Positions 26,496 to 40,200 are shown, counted from the first letter of the stretch. The stretch is 64,000 nt of DNA from Takakia lepidozioides (GCA_030704615.1 CM060731.1:85002001-85066000); one strand, 5' to 3'. The notes: generated by a model from the letters alone, not told the origin. Program-made: numbers and translations.

Positions 26496-28594
26496 TGTCG
26501 CGCACCTCACTTCGGGCTCCCCTTCAAGTTATAGTTACTCGCTTTGATGCGCGCGCCTAACTCCCAACCTGGCCGCCGGGCCAACTTGGAGCTTCGGCTA
26601 CTCACCGGGACATAACGGTCCCCCTTTACTCTTCCAAAAGACCCTCCACCAATTTGGGACTAGTGGAAAATTCCCTTTGGTAGATGGCAGTCCGGAATAG
26701 CTCCCCACTCCTTGGTCGCTTTCCGGCTCGCTCGCTTACTCACTAGTTTTTGGTCATCAACGGGCTTGCACCGTTCTCGGGGTTACTACTCCCTATATAT
26801 ACTTCTGTGACTGTCCGCGGGGGTTTCACAAACAACCATGCCATTTTATGGCGAACCACCACGAAGACCCTCGACTCCCGGTGATGAGTCCCGGTGAGTC
26901 TTGGCCCACCCACCACGGCCCCATTGGACCGTGATGAGTCCCAAGACTCCCCACGACTCCCACCACAAGGTCTCCGCCCCATGGTGAGTCCTATGCCACC
27001 CCCACTAAGTCCCGCTAAGCTACCACCACCCCTTGTGGAGCCACCCCCACCGCAACCCGGTGTGCGGGGCTCCACCTAGTGAGTGCCTCCGCCTCCTTGA
27101 GTGCCTTAGGCACTCAAGGATGCTTCAGCCCCCCGTACCTATCGCTGCTACTGCCCCCACCACAGGGGCAGCCCCTCCTGCGTCCCGACCCCCTGCCCTC
27201 AAGGCACTTGGCCGCGACACACACCCCTACCAATAGGGGGTCGATGTCCTCATCGACTTGTCCATTTTGTAGAAACGAACATCCAAGTTGTGGCGTCCCA
27301 TGGCAACGAACCAAACCCCCACTTGACTCTACTCTCCACTAGCTAGTTCGGCCGACTTCCTCCAAGTCCCGGCCAAGGGTGGAGCTTCTCAAGCTCCTCC
27401 CAGTGCACTCTTCTTGGCCCACTTCAAGGCCAAGGAACTATCCTCCCCGAGGATCGAATCGCCTTACTGCAACAACATTGCTTGCGACCGCTCATGATGC
27501 CGCTTTTGGCATCACCTTGAGTAAGGGTTCACCTTGAACCCCTTTTTGATTAGGAAGATAACCTTGAACCAACTGTGCGCCCCAATCACTACAATTGGGT
27601 CCGCCTTGGAATGCTGGCCTGAGGTACGGGAACACGCTAAAGCCGCACTACGACTTCGTCCCGAGGCTACACGATTATAGTACGTGAACGGAAGCACGTA
27701 GCTTCCGCGTTAGCCCGCACTACAAGGCAACCCCCTCGGTAGCGCAGTTATAGTACGCGCACGCGCCAGGTGCACTCTAGCACGTGAACTCCCAAAGAAG
27801 GCGCAAGTTTCTTTGCCCCTTGGATGAGAGTCACCCGATTTCGGCACTACGCAAACACACGATTAATCCAATTTACCTCTCCTACTTTTGTAAGCTAGCA
27901 TGCATTCTACACACTAGCCAACCATACCATGCATCACCATTCCAAAGAAAATAGGATGCACAACATTTGGAAACCATTTCATTTATACAAAATTTGTACA
28001 ATACATGTTTTTGCAATCGGATTCCTGAGCTAGCTAAGCCGGGCTAAGCATGCATTTCCTCTCCCATGATCCAAGGTTGATGTCCCCATCAACGCTTCTT
28101 CCGCTTTTGAGGTCGCCCTTCGAAAGCTGCAACCGCCTCAGATGCGTTTCTCATTTCTGAGGCACGCACCCAAGATGCCTCCACATGATGATAGCCCTTC
28201 CATTTCACGAGATACTCCGTTTCTCGATTCTTGAACCTCCTCGACTTAAGCACTGCCTCCACCTCGTACTCAGGTTTGTTTTCATGATCCAACAACACAG
28301 GTGGCGGATGCAACACTTAATGCCGATTCGGACGCGCGTCATCTTTGAAATAAGGCTTCAAAAGGGAGACGTGGAATACCGGATGCACCTTGCTATTTGT
28401 CGATAGCTCCAATTCATACACATCCTCATTCATAACCTTCCGAATGCGAAAGGGTCCCGCATATGGAGGTACAAACTTCGGACTCACTTCCGGAGGTAGT
28501 CGGAAATTCTTGATGTTCAACCAGACCTCCGTGCCTACCTCAAACTTAACTTCCCTCTGCTTCCGATTCGCCTGCCGTTCATACCGTTTCCTAG
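26496..28594 (-). mobile_element. 3' fragment of a chromoviral Ty3/gypsy element: integrase C-terminus, chromodomain and full 3' LTR (26496-28054)
   Basis: HPVFHVSLLK and YEVEAVLKSRR..EYLVKWKGY; reverse-complement homolog of 62056-64000 and 57688-57951. Interrupted at 28595 by another insertion. Confidence 0.9.
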
Positions 28595-31205
28595 TGTCAT
28601 GGTTTTAGTCATGGTTATCTAGAATTATCTACTTCTAGTTAACTAGGATATTTTAGATATTTATATTTATATTTTGTGTGTTGGGACTTCATTTGGTCTC
28701 ACATGCCAAGTGAGGTGTCGAGCCTCACTTGAGACATGGAGATAGGTTTTCCCCTTGTGAGTGTTGAGGAGGCTCATCTTCTTGTAGTTGAGCCTCCATG
28801 AGCTTCTCTCACCTCCATAGCTCTAGGTATTGAGAGGGAGTGTGTTGAGGGCTTTGTAGGGTGGATTCCTTTAGCAAAGGTGCCCTTGGCTTGACTTAGT
28901 TTATGTGATAGAGTGGATTTCACTTGGAAGGACTAGGGCTTGTTCTTCATGTGATTGCTTCATGCTTTGAGAGCTTTCATTGTCTTCTACTTCTCTCATT
29001 TATCATCTCTTATCACAACAAGAAGATCACCTTATGTTTGTGAGTGCGGAGTGTAAGGATTAGTTTTGCACTTGTATTTTAAAGAAGTTGAGAGCTAGGA
29101 GAATTTAGCTCTTGTATCACAAGGCTTGCAAGGGGTTGCAAGGAAAGGTACTCGAGTATTGCATGCACCAAGGAGTTGGAGAGCTTGAGAAGAAAGCTCT
29201 TGAGTCACAAGATTTTGCAAGGATTGTAAGGAGGAAGTCTTGTGTGTGTGGAAGCATGGATTCTAGGGTTTGAGAATCCTTTGTATGCATTATGGAGTCG
29301 ATGGTGTGCGCCATGGCTTGTGGAGAGTGACTAAAGGCTTGTTAGTGCTCATTTCACTATCAAGCTAGGGTTAAGCAAGTTCAAAGTGTGGATGTTGTGG
29401 AAGAGAAGCCAATGAGCTATATATGCTTGGGCTTGAAGACAACAAGGGCAAGCACTTGGAGAGCACTAAGAAGCTCAAGAGGTCTTGAAAGGGAGCATGT
29501 GAAGAAATCTTCCAATCATGGTGGTGTGGAGCCAAGCTTAGGGTGCCATTGGAAGGGCTTGGAGAACATGTGGTGGGAAATCCTTGAAGGGAAATCATCA
29601 TTCAATGTATGCATAGCTTCACCCTAACTATGTAATGTGACAAAAGGGGGAGACAATACTTGGTTATTCATGCTCTTGGTAGTGCGAGCTTTGTGGTGGA
29701 TAGTTGACCAAGCAAGTGGTGCATGTGTGGAGCATGCTCGTTTGAGTTTGTAAGTTCAAGATTGAGAAGGGGAGCTCTTGAACTAGCAAGAGGTGAAGGC
29801 CTTTGAGATCCATTTGTGTGTGAAGTGGAGAGGTGTTGATTCATGTTATGATGAAGGAGAGCAACACATAGGCCAAGAGGTCATGAAACATGCATTCAAA
29901 TGACCACGGGGAGCACATGGATGATGGATTGGTGCAAGACCCCAAATGAGGCATATGGCGTGAGAGTGGGATCCAAGGCGGATTGCTTGGGAGCATTATT
30001 GTAAGTGACAAGCATTGCTCCTACACATTGAGATAATTTGTGTTGATTTGGAGCAATTGTCAAGTGATGAGGAGACAAATGCATGATTGCTCGGCAATGG
30101 AGATATGGTAGTTTGCAATCAAATCCCAAGGACTAGAATGGGGATTGATTTGGTGGACAATGACTTGCAAGTTGAGTTGGACCACTCTTGGTTGCACATT
30201 GGGGTGGAAGAGAGCAAGAAGATGCCTCTTATGACCACCTAGAGACCATATTTTTGCTTGAGTAGAAGCATAGAAGTCAAGGACTTGTATTCTAGCTCTT
30301 CATTACAAACCCTAGTAGTGTATGCTCAGACTATACCTCTGTTAGTATACCAAACAGGAGCTTGTCCCTTTGACTATACCTCTGTTGAGGTATCACCATA
30401 TGTGAACCCTAATGTGAGACTATACCTCTGTTAGTATACCAAACAGGAGCTTGTCCATTTTACTATACCTCTATTGAGGTATCACCATATGTGAACCCTA
30501 ATCAGCTCAGACTATACCTCTGTTAGTATACCAAACAGGAGCTTGTCCCTTTTACTATACCTCTGTTGAGGTATCACCATATGTGGACCCTAATCAGCTC
30601 AGACTATACCTCTGTTAGTATACCAAACAGAACCCTCATTTTCAGACTATACCTCTGTAAAGGTATCATCAACATAAGGGACCCTAGCAACCTCAGACTA
30701 TACCTCTGTTAAGGTATCAACAGTGAAAGGACTTAGTGAAATTTAAGGGCCTTTGGAGGATTGTTTGGAAGATATTTGAGGGCCCTTGGAGGAGTATTTG
30801 GAGGATCTTTGGGGTCCTTGGAGGACCCTTCGAGGAGCTTTGGTGGACAATGTTGAAGAGCTCTTGAAGGATTGATTGAGGGATATTGAAGGATACTTGC
30901 CACGGCCATACAAGCGAGTGGATAGAGACAGGAGGGAGAGTGGTGAGATGAGAGCATTCTGGGGTTAGGAATTGCTTTAGTTTCTCTTCTCCATAGTCTT
31001 TCACCCTCTCTGTAGGCCAAAACCTTTCCGTAGGTGGAGGCAAAAGTCAGTCCGGGTTTGGGCTGGGGTGTCCTTGCAGGAGCGACACTGTGGAGTGTTT
31101 TTGGTGTGGGGTAGTTGTTGTCTTGATTTTCTTGTGTTTGGATCCCCTCCACACCTGCATGCTTGACTGTGCGCCATGTTAGCTTTGTGTGGGCGCTTGT
31201 TTTCA
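28595..31205. mobile_element. LTR-like non-coding segment(s) inserted in the chromovirus; probably includes the 5' LTR of the DNMT-gypsy
   Basis: Abrupt junction cctag|TGTCATGG at 28595 and a candidate ...TTTTCA end at 31205 just upstream of gag. Boundaries cannot be confirmed because the partner LTR would lie beyond the gap. Confidence 0.4.
30325..30718 (+). repeat. ~90-bp tandem repeat built from ctatacctctgtt sub-repeats
   Basis: gactatacctctgttagtataccaaacag at ~30329, 30418, 30510 and 30602. Confidence 0.85.
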
Positions 31206-31685
31206 TAGGAGGTTGGTCCGGATTTGATCACCGGCCAATCCTAGAGTATGTTGTCGGTGGTGAGGCTGGAGTGATGACCAGCAAGACCACCAGTGTTTCT
31301 TCTATGGTGAGGCTGGGTTGATGACCAGCAGACCATAGGAGTGCTTGCGGTGGATGCAGGTGCAGGTACAGGTCTACGTTAGAAACCTATTATTCCTGCT
31401 TGAACCAGTAGCCGCAACAGGTTCTTTACCCGGTTACCTTGTAGAAAGTGGGGATTAGAGACAGGTTGACAACCGGTTGGGTTGTGAGTTTTCATCACGA
31501 AGGTGCCACCAACTGCTGAGGGGAGTGTCGGTATAAGCACCAGCGATACTAGTGGGTACACAAGACAAGGTGTGCAGTTTAGGCTACTTTCACCTTCAGT
31601 GTCTTCTGAGGAAGGTTCAGACTCGGAGTCAGGAGGATTCTCGCCGAGGGTGCAAGTCATTTCCGTACCATTGTTGTGGGACACG

Positions 31686-33108
31686 ATGGAGGAGATGTAT
31701 GGAGCTACCAAGGGGCCACGTAGGTACTCTGGAGCTGTGGGCACCATCGAGCTTGATGACTTTATACAAGAGTTTGACAGTTGGTGTGATTTGCAGCAAA
31801 TGCGCAATCCACAACTGTTTACGCCCTTTATGGCGTGGAAGGGACTATTCCAGCACCTTGAGGGGCCGCCCATGGATGATTACCATGAATTTAGGCGGGG
31901 ACATGCGGAGGAGATTGAGGAGTGGCGAGAGTATTGATCACCTAACTATGTCTCAATCACTAGAGGCACAAGGGCAGCGGTGACACCAGCAGCTACACAA
32001 ACATCTCCAACTACAAGCACTAGTAGTGGAACAAGTAGTGTCGGCACTTCTGCAGGTGGTACCAGTTCAAAAGGTGCTACTACTCCTCCTGCCACAATTA
32101 CAACACATGTGCCTAGATTCAACCCGGTGGTGGAGTTCTTCCAGGAGTTGCGGAGGAACTACCAAGGTGTACGGACAAAGAAGCTGCAAAGTTTGCAAGA
32201 CTTCCAGCGCAAATCCAGTGAGAGCTTGCGAGAGGCCTACACTCGTATGAGGCGCTTGATAAGTGTGACCCAAGAGGTTACTGAAGCTCAGGCAGTCCAG
32301 TTCTGGTATGGAATTTTGGACAAGGAGCTCAGGAGAAGGGTGCGGGATGCAACCCTGTTACAAGCGGCCCAACCCACATTAGCGGATGTGTTTCTGCTGG
32401 CTGAGCGGATTGAGCTCAACATGGTGGAGGAGCGAGTTGTTACCATTGGATTTGGCAAGGACATGCCTACACGAGGCACAGCTGCCAGCCCACAGGCACA
32501 AGGGACTGCCCAACAGCATGGTCAGGGGGGCAAGGTTTCCCAACCCCAAGTTCCATGGAGCTTACATGGGACCTCAGGTGCAGAGGCCCGTGGCTTCTTT
32601 TGCAGGCCAACAGCAACCAGGGGTGATATGTTGGACATGTGGAGGACCCCATGTCAAGAGAGATTGCCCAGAGAGTGGCAGAAGGCCGACACAAGTACAG
32701 CCTGCACAGTTGCAGTGTGGGCATTGTGGCAAGTATGGGCATGGAGATGCCCAGTGTTATGACTTGCATCCTGAGTTGCGCCCAGGCCAGTTCCAAGGGA
32801 ACAATGGTGGCCGGGGGCGAGGTGGACCAGCCTAGAGAGGACGAGGTGGTCGGGCACGAGGTGCAGGCCAAGGGCAAGCTCAACATGGCCAAGGACGCAG
32901 AGGTCAGGGTGTTGACCAAGGCATGGCCAACCGGCTTCAGCAGTTAGAGCAGAGGCTCGCTGCCATGGCTACAGCTCAGGTGGTACCAGCTCCCAGGCGG
33001 GATGGTCCACCTCCTGCTCCTGAGGGAAGAGATATGGGAGACATGGGATTCATGTGCAGAGCAGCACTACCACTAGTGCAGGTGGAGTCTGCTGCAGCCG
33101 TGACTTGA
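31686..33108 (+). pseudogene. gypsy gag (retrotransposon gag + CCHC knuckles), disrupted
   Basis: IELDDFIQEFDSW, LQDFQRKSSESLREAYTRMRRL and two CCHC motifs; stops and frameshifts. Confidence 0.8.
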
Positions 33109-34410
33109 GGAGCAGCACGAGTTCCTGAGCCACGAGGTGCAGAGGTGGAATTGGATCCACAGCGTGGGGAGGCAAGCCGTCAGACGAGGCTTCCTCAGTC
33201 ATTCACATTGGTGGAGACAGTGTCGACGCCATCCATGGCACCTAGTTCTCGTCCGACTGTTACCGAGGCGGAGGTTACTATGCCATTGGGGAGAGCTACA
33301 CGTGCAGCACTGACACCTGCTACCAAGGCTAGTGCAGCCGGTGTGTTATTGGGGGCAGCCACCTCTGTGTGTCAAGCCCCACTGTTCTCGGCAACCATGA
33401 TTGCGACGCCGGGGGTAAGACCAGCTGCAGTGTTCAGACTAGCAGCAACACTCTGCGAGAGTGGGGAGGTCACTTCATCTTCTGCGGAGTTACTGGAAGG
33501 TGTAGTAGCAGAGGGATCCTCGGATAAGAGGGTCAAGACTGCCATGGCTGCGCCATGGCAAGCTGCAGCTGCCAGCTAGGCCAGCCTTTGAGCGCGCCAT
33601 GGTGACACCTGGAGTTGTCTTGTTAGACAACCAGGGAGGCATTTTCACTTTGAGTGGACCGGCAGACAAGAAGTACCGGCCACTGCGGGTCTTGTTGGAC
33701 TCAGGAGTCAGCCACTGATGTTGGGCAGAGCTGCTATTGCAGGTTTGGGCCTCATGGAGGCGGATATGGAGCCTTGTCATTTCCAGATACAATCATCTCT
33801 GGGAGGATCAGAGTAGGCTCGGGGCATGACACGGCGTGAGTTGGCCATTGGACTACAACCAGATCATCCTGTAGATGGCTCAGTGATACGAGCCAAGGCC
33901 ATTGTGACAGACGTGGTCTCTTACAATGTCCTTGTTGGTGGGGCAGTGTTATATCCCATGGGCTTCACCCTGGACTTTTGGGAGGAGTCAGCATCCTACA
34001 GGCCTGGATGGCAGTCAGGGGATGGTCGTCGTGCACAGCTCCCTGTGACATTCATTGGGGGTATTGCGGCTGCCCAGCGGGGCAAGATGCCAACACTAGC
34101 CGCCTTTACAGCTGCAATTAGTTGGCCTGGAGAGTTGCTGGAAGGCAATGCCCATGCAGAGGATGTGCCACCTCCAGCAGAGCAGGATGACATGCATAGT
34201 ACGACGGAGTTGCCTGCCATGGTTGCTCACACTCCATTATGGGGTACGAGCAAGGATTTGCAGCAGGCTGCTGATGGACGGGTACAACTAGCCTGGGTAG
34301 AGGCCTTCGTACCGTCAGGAGAAGAGGAGAGTGCGGTGATTGCACTAAGACCACCTCGGTTGTCGCCATTGGACACCACACCTCTTGTGTGGCAGTGCCC
34401 GGATGAAGGC

Positions 34411-35345
34411 ATATGCCTTCTGGACTTGTTTGGCGGGATCAGCACTAGATTGGCTGCAGTACTGCAGGCAGGTGTACGAGTTTGACGTTACCTGTATGTG
34501 GAGAGGGATGAGACTACACGACGCGTCTCACTGCGCCATGTTGCTCAGTTGGTACAGCAGTACCCTGATTTGTTGCCAGTGTCTGCAGTTCGTGGATACC
34601 AACAAGCCTTGCCAGCAGACATTTTGTTGCTGGGGGTGCAAGATTTGGAGCGGGTTGGCTCCATTGATCTGGTAGTGGCAGGTTGGCCCTGCCAAAGGCA
34701 TTCATCAGCCGGGCATGGCAGTGGATTGCGAGACTCGAGGACGGGTCTGTTTTGGGAGATGGTGCGGATTTTGCGCCACTTGCAGCTTCATAAAGCTGTA
34801 TCTCTAGCATACATCTTGGAGAATGTGCCACTGATGGGTGATTCTCAGGCCAGGGTGATGGCCAGTGTGCATCAAGTCCGGTCGTGGCTTGGGTCAACAA
34901 TGTTGCTGGATGCAGCTGCAGTGGGGTCATGGGCTCATCGTCCACGGCTATGGTGGACTAACTTGATGCCACCCGCACTGCTCAAGCGTGCATTTGATGG
35001 GGTGCAGCGGCCAGCACACCTCACAATGGATAGCATTTTGGACACAGGGAGGCAGTCTCAACGTGTGAGACACGATGACCGTTCGCCTTTGGCAGTGGTC
35101 AACAGGGTGGGTCAACCACGAGCAGCATTACCTACACTGCTTAGCTTCCCATGATCCCATGCTTTTCGGGATGGTGGACGTGGCCTCTTGTGGGATAGCC
35201 AGTTTGCAACAATTAGTGGAGCCCAATGCTGACGAACGCGAGCGGGCGATGGATTTTACCACATGTACCACGACGGTGCCATCTCTTTCTGAGGCATCAC
35301 GTCGTCAGGTGTTGGGGCAAGCAATGGATCTCAATTGCTTGACCT
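34411..35345 (+). pseudogene. DNMT3-like C5-cytosine DNA methyltransferase domain within retrotransposon pol
   Basis: Motif I LLDLFGGIS; II YVERD; IV DLVVAGWPCQ (catalytic PC, 34681-34695); VI YILENV; VIII AHRPRLWWTN; IX ERERAMDF; X RRQVLGQAMD. Stops at 34483 and 35152. Confidence 0.88.
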
Positions 35346-35788
35346 GGATTATCAGCTTGGCTATGGCTGAGCAGCGCAGAGTACGGAGTACACTTTCCTT
35401 CATGGTCTCCCTGCCTACCGAGATGGTACAGGCAGCGAGTGGGGGCGAGCAGGTGAGGACCACGAGGTGCAGGCCGCATCCATGGCACACGTGGGAGGTG
35501 CTCGAGGTTCAGAAGGAGTTGGCAGCCAAGGCAGCGGTGATGGATCAGGTTGGGGATTTTTCTCGGATTGAAGAGGTCCTCAAGGATGGGATGATGGGGC
35601 AAGATGAGACATTGTCACTGACAGAGGAGGCAGTGGTCACTGCTCAAGAGGTTGCAGCATAGCAACCACGGGACGCGTCTTCTACCTCTAAGCCTGCTGA
35701 ACTCAAGGTTGCAGTCACGGAGGACAACTGGGAGCCTGATGTTGGACCTATAGTCACCGGAGAAGAGAGACGACGTATACAGCGGTTC

Positions 35789-36863
35789 TTGAGGGCTTAC
35801 AGGAACTGCTTTGCCTTCAGTTTGAAGGACTTAGGATCACTGAAGGGTCAAGAGATTCGCATTGAATTGGCTACTGACACGCCAATCTTTCGGAGATCCT
35901 ATAGATACAGTGACATGGAGAGGTCCTTGATTCAGATGAGAACTCAGGACCTTTGGGAGGCTGGTTTGGTGGAGCTATCTGGGGGAGAGTATGCTTCAGC
36001 CACAGTGATGCCAGCCAAGAAGGATGTCTTTGGCAATTGGACGGAGAGACGTATGTGCGGCGGTGATTACCGGCCTGTAAATCGTCAGACCAAGTCCGAT
36101 AGGTATGCCATGCCAACACCAGAGGAGATCTTTGATGCCATTGGGCATGCCAAGGTCTTTAGCACATTGGATTTACGATCCGGATATCACCAGTTGCCGA
36201 TCAAGGAGGCGGATAAGCAAAAGACGGCATTCTGGGGGATCAATGAGTACGGGAAGGATTGCCTATACCAGTGGCGGTTCTTACCATTTGGGGTTAAGAA
36301 CGCTCCGGCAGAGTTTCAGAGAGTCATGGACAGGATTCTAGCAGGGGTGGAGTTTGCTCGGTGCTACATAGATGACATCATCATCTTTAGTGCTACGGTG
36401 GAAGAGCATGAGAGACACCTTCAGGGGGTATTTGAGCGCTTGAGGGCGCACGGATTGAAGTTACATCCGGGAAAGTGCAAGTTTTTCCACAACCAGATTG
36501 AGTATCTGGGTCACATGATATATCCTGGAGGATTGGGGGTACAGCAGACTAAGGTAGAGTCCATTGCACAGGTTCCACGCCTCACGGATGTGAGCCGAGT
36601 TCGAGCTTTCATGGGGTTAGCAAACTATTATAGACAGTTTGTTAAGGGATTTAGTGCCATTGCAAAGGCTCTAACCAAGCTGATCAAGGTGGACCAGGAG
36701 TGGCAGTGGGAAGATGAGCAAGAACAAGCTTTTCAAGAGCTCAAGGCGAGGTTGACCTCGGCGCCCATCTTGAGACGACCTATTAGGGGGCGTCCTTTTC
36801 AGCTGCATACAAATTGGAGCATGCTGGGGCTTGGAGCGGTGCTTACACAGGTGGATGATGAGG
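35789..36863 (+). CDS. gypsy reverse transcriptase + N-terminal part of RNase H
   Basis: [50 protein letters not shown]. Confidence 0.9.
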
Positions 36864-37282
36864 GAGCGTAGCTATGGCGTGAGCCCAGCCCCGTGAGCCT
36901 GGGAGCTGAGCTCACGTTCAAGCTACAAAGCGTGAGCTGAGCTCACGCTTCAGGGAAGCGTGAGCGGCACGAATCTGCTGGAGAAGAAGGTCCTATAGGC
37001 GAGGATTGCAGGAAGAGGGCCTATTACCGTGGACAAAACAAAGGGGGCCAACACACACCATGTGTGCAATGCCCGCTCTAAAACAGAAATATGAAAACAT
37101 GGCAGATTTGAGCTCAGAATGATTGTCACAGTTTATTTCAATTCACAGATAGACGCTTACAATGAATTGCATGTGCATTTGCCCTGGTTCCGTAAACGAA
37201 ATCCATATGTTTGTCAGAAATGCAAAGTCTTCACACGGCAACCTGCAAACCAGCATGGGCAGCGGGCATGGCTCGTATGTGT

Positions 37283-40200
37283 TCAAAGAGAAGTTGGCGG
37301 AGCTCCACGCGAGGTGTCCCGCTGTAGAAGGGTGTTCACTTCTCCATAGCCTAGTGTGGCTTGGTGGATGAATTGGTCTCTCTTACCGTCGCAACACATA
37401 ATCACAAAGGTATATGTAATATTGATGCTTGCAGGGGACCCACTTCCCCCTCATGCCGAGAGCGCCCTCATGCATCGTTACAAAGTCCGGACAAGTGCAC
37501 GAAGGGAAATTCCCGACGGTAACCTGATATTCTTTGCCATGAAGAACTGACCCAATTGACAGCACTGTGTAAATCCGTCCATACCCCAGAGAAGGGACTT
37601 CGGCGATACGAGACACCCGAGCCTGCAAAATTCTAGCAGATTCCATCTTACATTCGTGATCTGCACTCGAAGCGAAACGGCGCACTGTTTTTCCATCTCT
37701 TTTTGTTGGGTGGGAGTCGGCACAGGGTGGCGGCATTGCCGGAGCATGTGGCACATCTGTGCCGACAGTGCATGAGGGCACCACCCGGGACCGTGCAAGA
37801 CAGAACCCTCCCTCCTCCAGCATGCTTATCTCGGTTGATGACAGCGACGTCCCAATTGCACAGGCCAAATTGCGGGGGGAGGGGGTTTCATTATCACCAA
37901 AGGACAAACTGTTCCCTTCACGCATCGTGCCATATCGTCTGGGCAGAACCAAAATTTGTGGTCCTTTGATTCCCCACTATGATAAGGTCGGAACAACCCT
38001 GTGAATGTTGGAGCTGGAGTCCCCCTGGAGCCTTTGCATATCTTTGATTTGCATTTCTTGAATGAGGGGGTCCGAATTGCCATGCAAGCCACTCTAGATC
38101 CTGGTGGGGTGCGTTCTATATGCCACTCACTATCAATGCAATCGGATTCCTGCACCATGGCCACCGCCTCCTCCAATGGGATTCCCGCTGCTATGCTTGT
38201 ATGTTCTGCACGTGCTCCACTGGAGGAGGACCCACCTGGGAAGGGGCGGGCACACGACTCAGTCTGCAGTGGAGACACCTTTGGCACAGAGAAATTGACC
38301 CTGTCTGGCCGATGGGAATCTCCATCTGACCCTGGAAGAGTGTTCAATTTCCTTTTGCATGATCCAAATCTTTCCTCGCCTTCCAAATGGGGGATCCTGG
38401 ATTGTAGAGCGGACCCTTCAGTGCATCTGTTTAGAGCTCTGGCCATCTTTGACGGGACTCCGGACCTACTCGCAGCCCTTAGCATCAACAAAGTCGTATC
38501 AGGGCCCTTGCCTCCACCCCGTCCCATCAGAAAATTGCGGTACCTGGTTTGTTGTGTAAGTGCATGCACCACGTCATCAGCAGTGGCCACATACAAGTCA
38601 CGACCTGCTTTGGTAGACTGCTGCATCCAGGCGTTGTGAACAGTCTCCGCCAAATTACATGATGGCATGTCGGCCAAGTCCTCCAAGGGCATGTCCTGGA
38701 GGAGGCATTGCATGGATATGTCAGGAACGAAAACAAATGGTAGAGGTTCTTCAAGTGACAATCGAAGAACCCCAAATGAACAGGCACGATGCAAAATTTC
38801 TGTTTTTGGGATTGAAGAGGCTTACCGTCGTCATGAAAGCTCCCCACTGTCTGTACCTGAAGTGCCAGAAAACCAACCAGTCCTCCAACTCCTTTACGTG
38901 GGTACCTGTTGCAGCACCAGAGGAGAACCACCAAGCCCGGATTGCCTGGTAAGTGCTCTCAGCTTCTCCCATTGAGGTGGCATTCTTGTACTTGAGACAG
39001 AGCCTTCTGTGCTCCAACTGCAGGTCAGGGCGAATGCAACGCTTTGTATGACGTGCCAGAGATTGAGTCCAATGGAAGAGGCATGTGCGCTCCCTATTTT
39101 CCATTGGGACCTTAGGATCCCCCGAACCAAACACGCGTCGCACTGCATTGAAATTTGCCTGTGCAGTATCAGCCATGAAGCCCGCAAAATTTGTGTTTTG
39201 TATTCCATTGCGCTGCATGACGGCCAAGAGCGAATTCCACATGAGCATTTGGGATTCAGTGTCCTCCGACTGCATATCACAAATTGCTATGGAGAGCACA
39301 CGCTGGTACGCCGGATCATACACATGGCACGCCATGGTTGTCCAACCCTTCACCCGTTTGCAGTGATCAAACATTAACCAACATTTAGCCAAATCTCCTC
39401 CTGGTTGCATACGGCGGACAATGCTCACACCACTGCCTTCGTCCACAGCGGACATCTTGAACAAATACACCTTGGACGAGCCCTGGCCAGGGAAGATACT
39501 GTTTTGAATGAATTCATAGCGACTCCTCCGTTTCAAGTCCATAATGTTGTCCATGAATCCAGCAGTGCCTGTGCCCATTCTGAGTGCATTCACCTGGTTT
39601 CGAATATTGGGAGAGCTCAACATGGAGAAATGGTCCATGACTGCATTAAGCGAATCTGCATCCAGCATAAGTTCTGTCGCATCCCCTTCACCCAATATGT
39701 GTTTCTCCAGGAATGCCTTGCTAGCTGTAAGCGCTATAGCAGAAGGTGTTGCACAAGGGGCATTGTGGAACTCCTGCTTCAGCAGATTTCTAGCGATGTC
39801 CACGCTATCCCTGCAACTTCCTTTGGACACAGGATGCTCGTGTGCACCCATATGAATGCAGGCACGAGTCATTGTCTTGCATCGGTGTGCCACCTGATAC
39901 ATACGAGCGTGGCACACAGAAACACAGGACGGGAAAAGTTTGCAGAACCTGCACACGAAAGTATTGGTCCTGGGAGGGGCAAGCCCTAGGGTGAAAGGAT
40001 TCAGGGGCACACCTTCCCACTCACTTTTGTTTGGTTGAGCACTGTTTCTCAGGCGAGGGCAAGAAATATTCTGGCACTTACAATGCCCAATGCAGACTGA
40101 CCTCCGAAATTTCAAGCCAATGTCGTTATGGATGTTTGACGTTTTTGTCCTGCACCAAGGATGTCCATCATGTTTCTTGTCCATGCCCTGTAAAAGCCCA

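Noticed and set aside
26743-27342. Gly/Pro-rich ORFs repeated at 63300-63940
   Set aside because: They lie within chromovirus LTRs, and their conservation is explained by LTR identity.
28595-29642. Solo LTR bounded by TGTCA...TGACA
   Set aside because: The flanks (cctag versus aaagg) do not form a TSD, so the boundary is unsupported.
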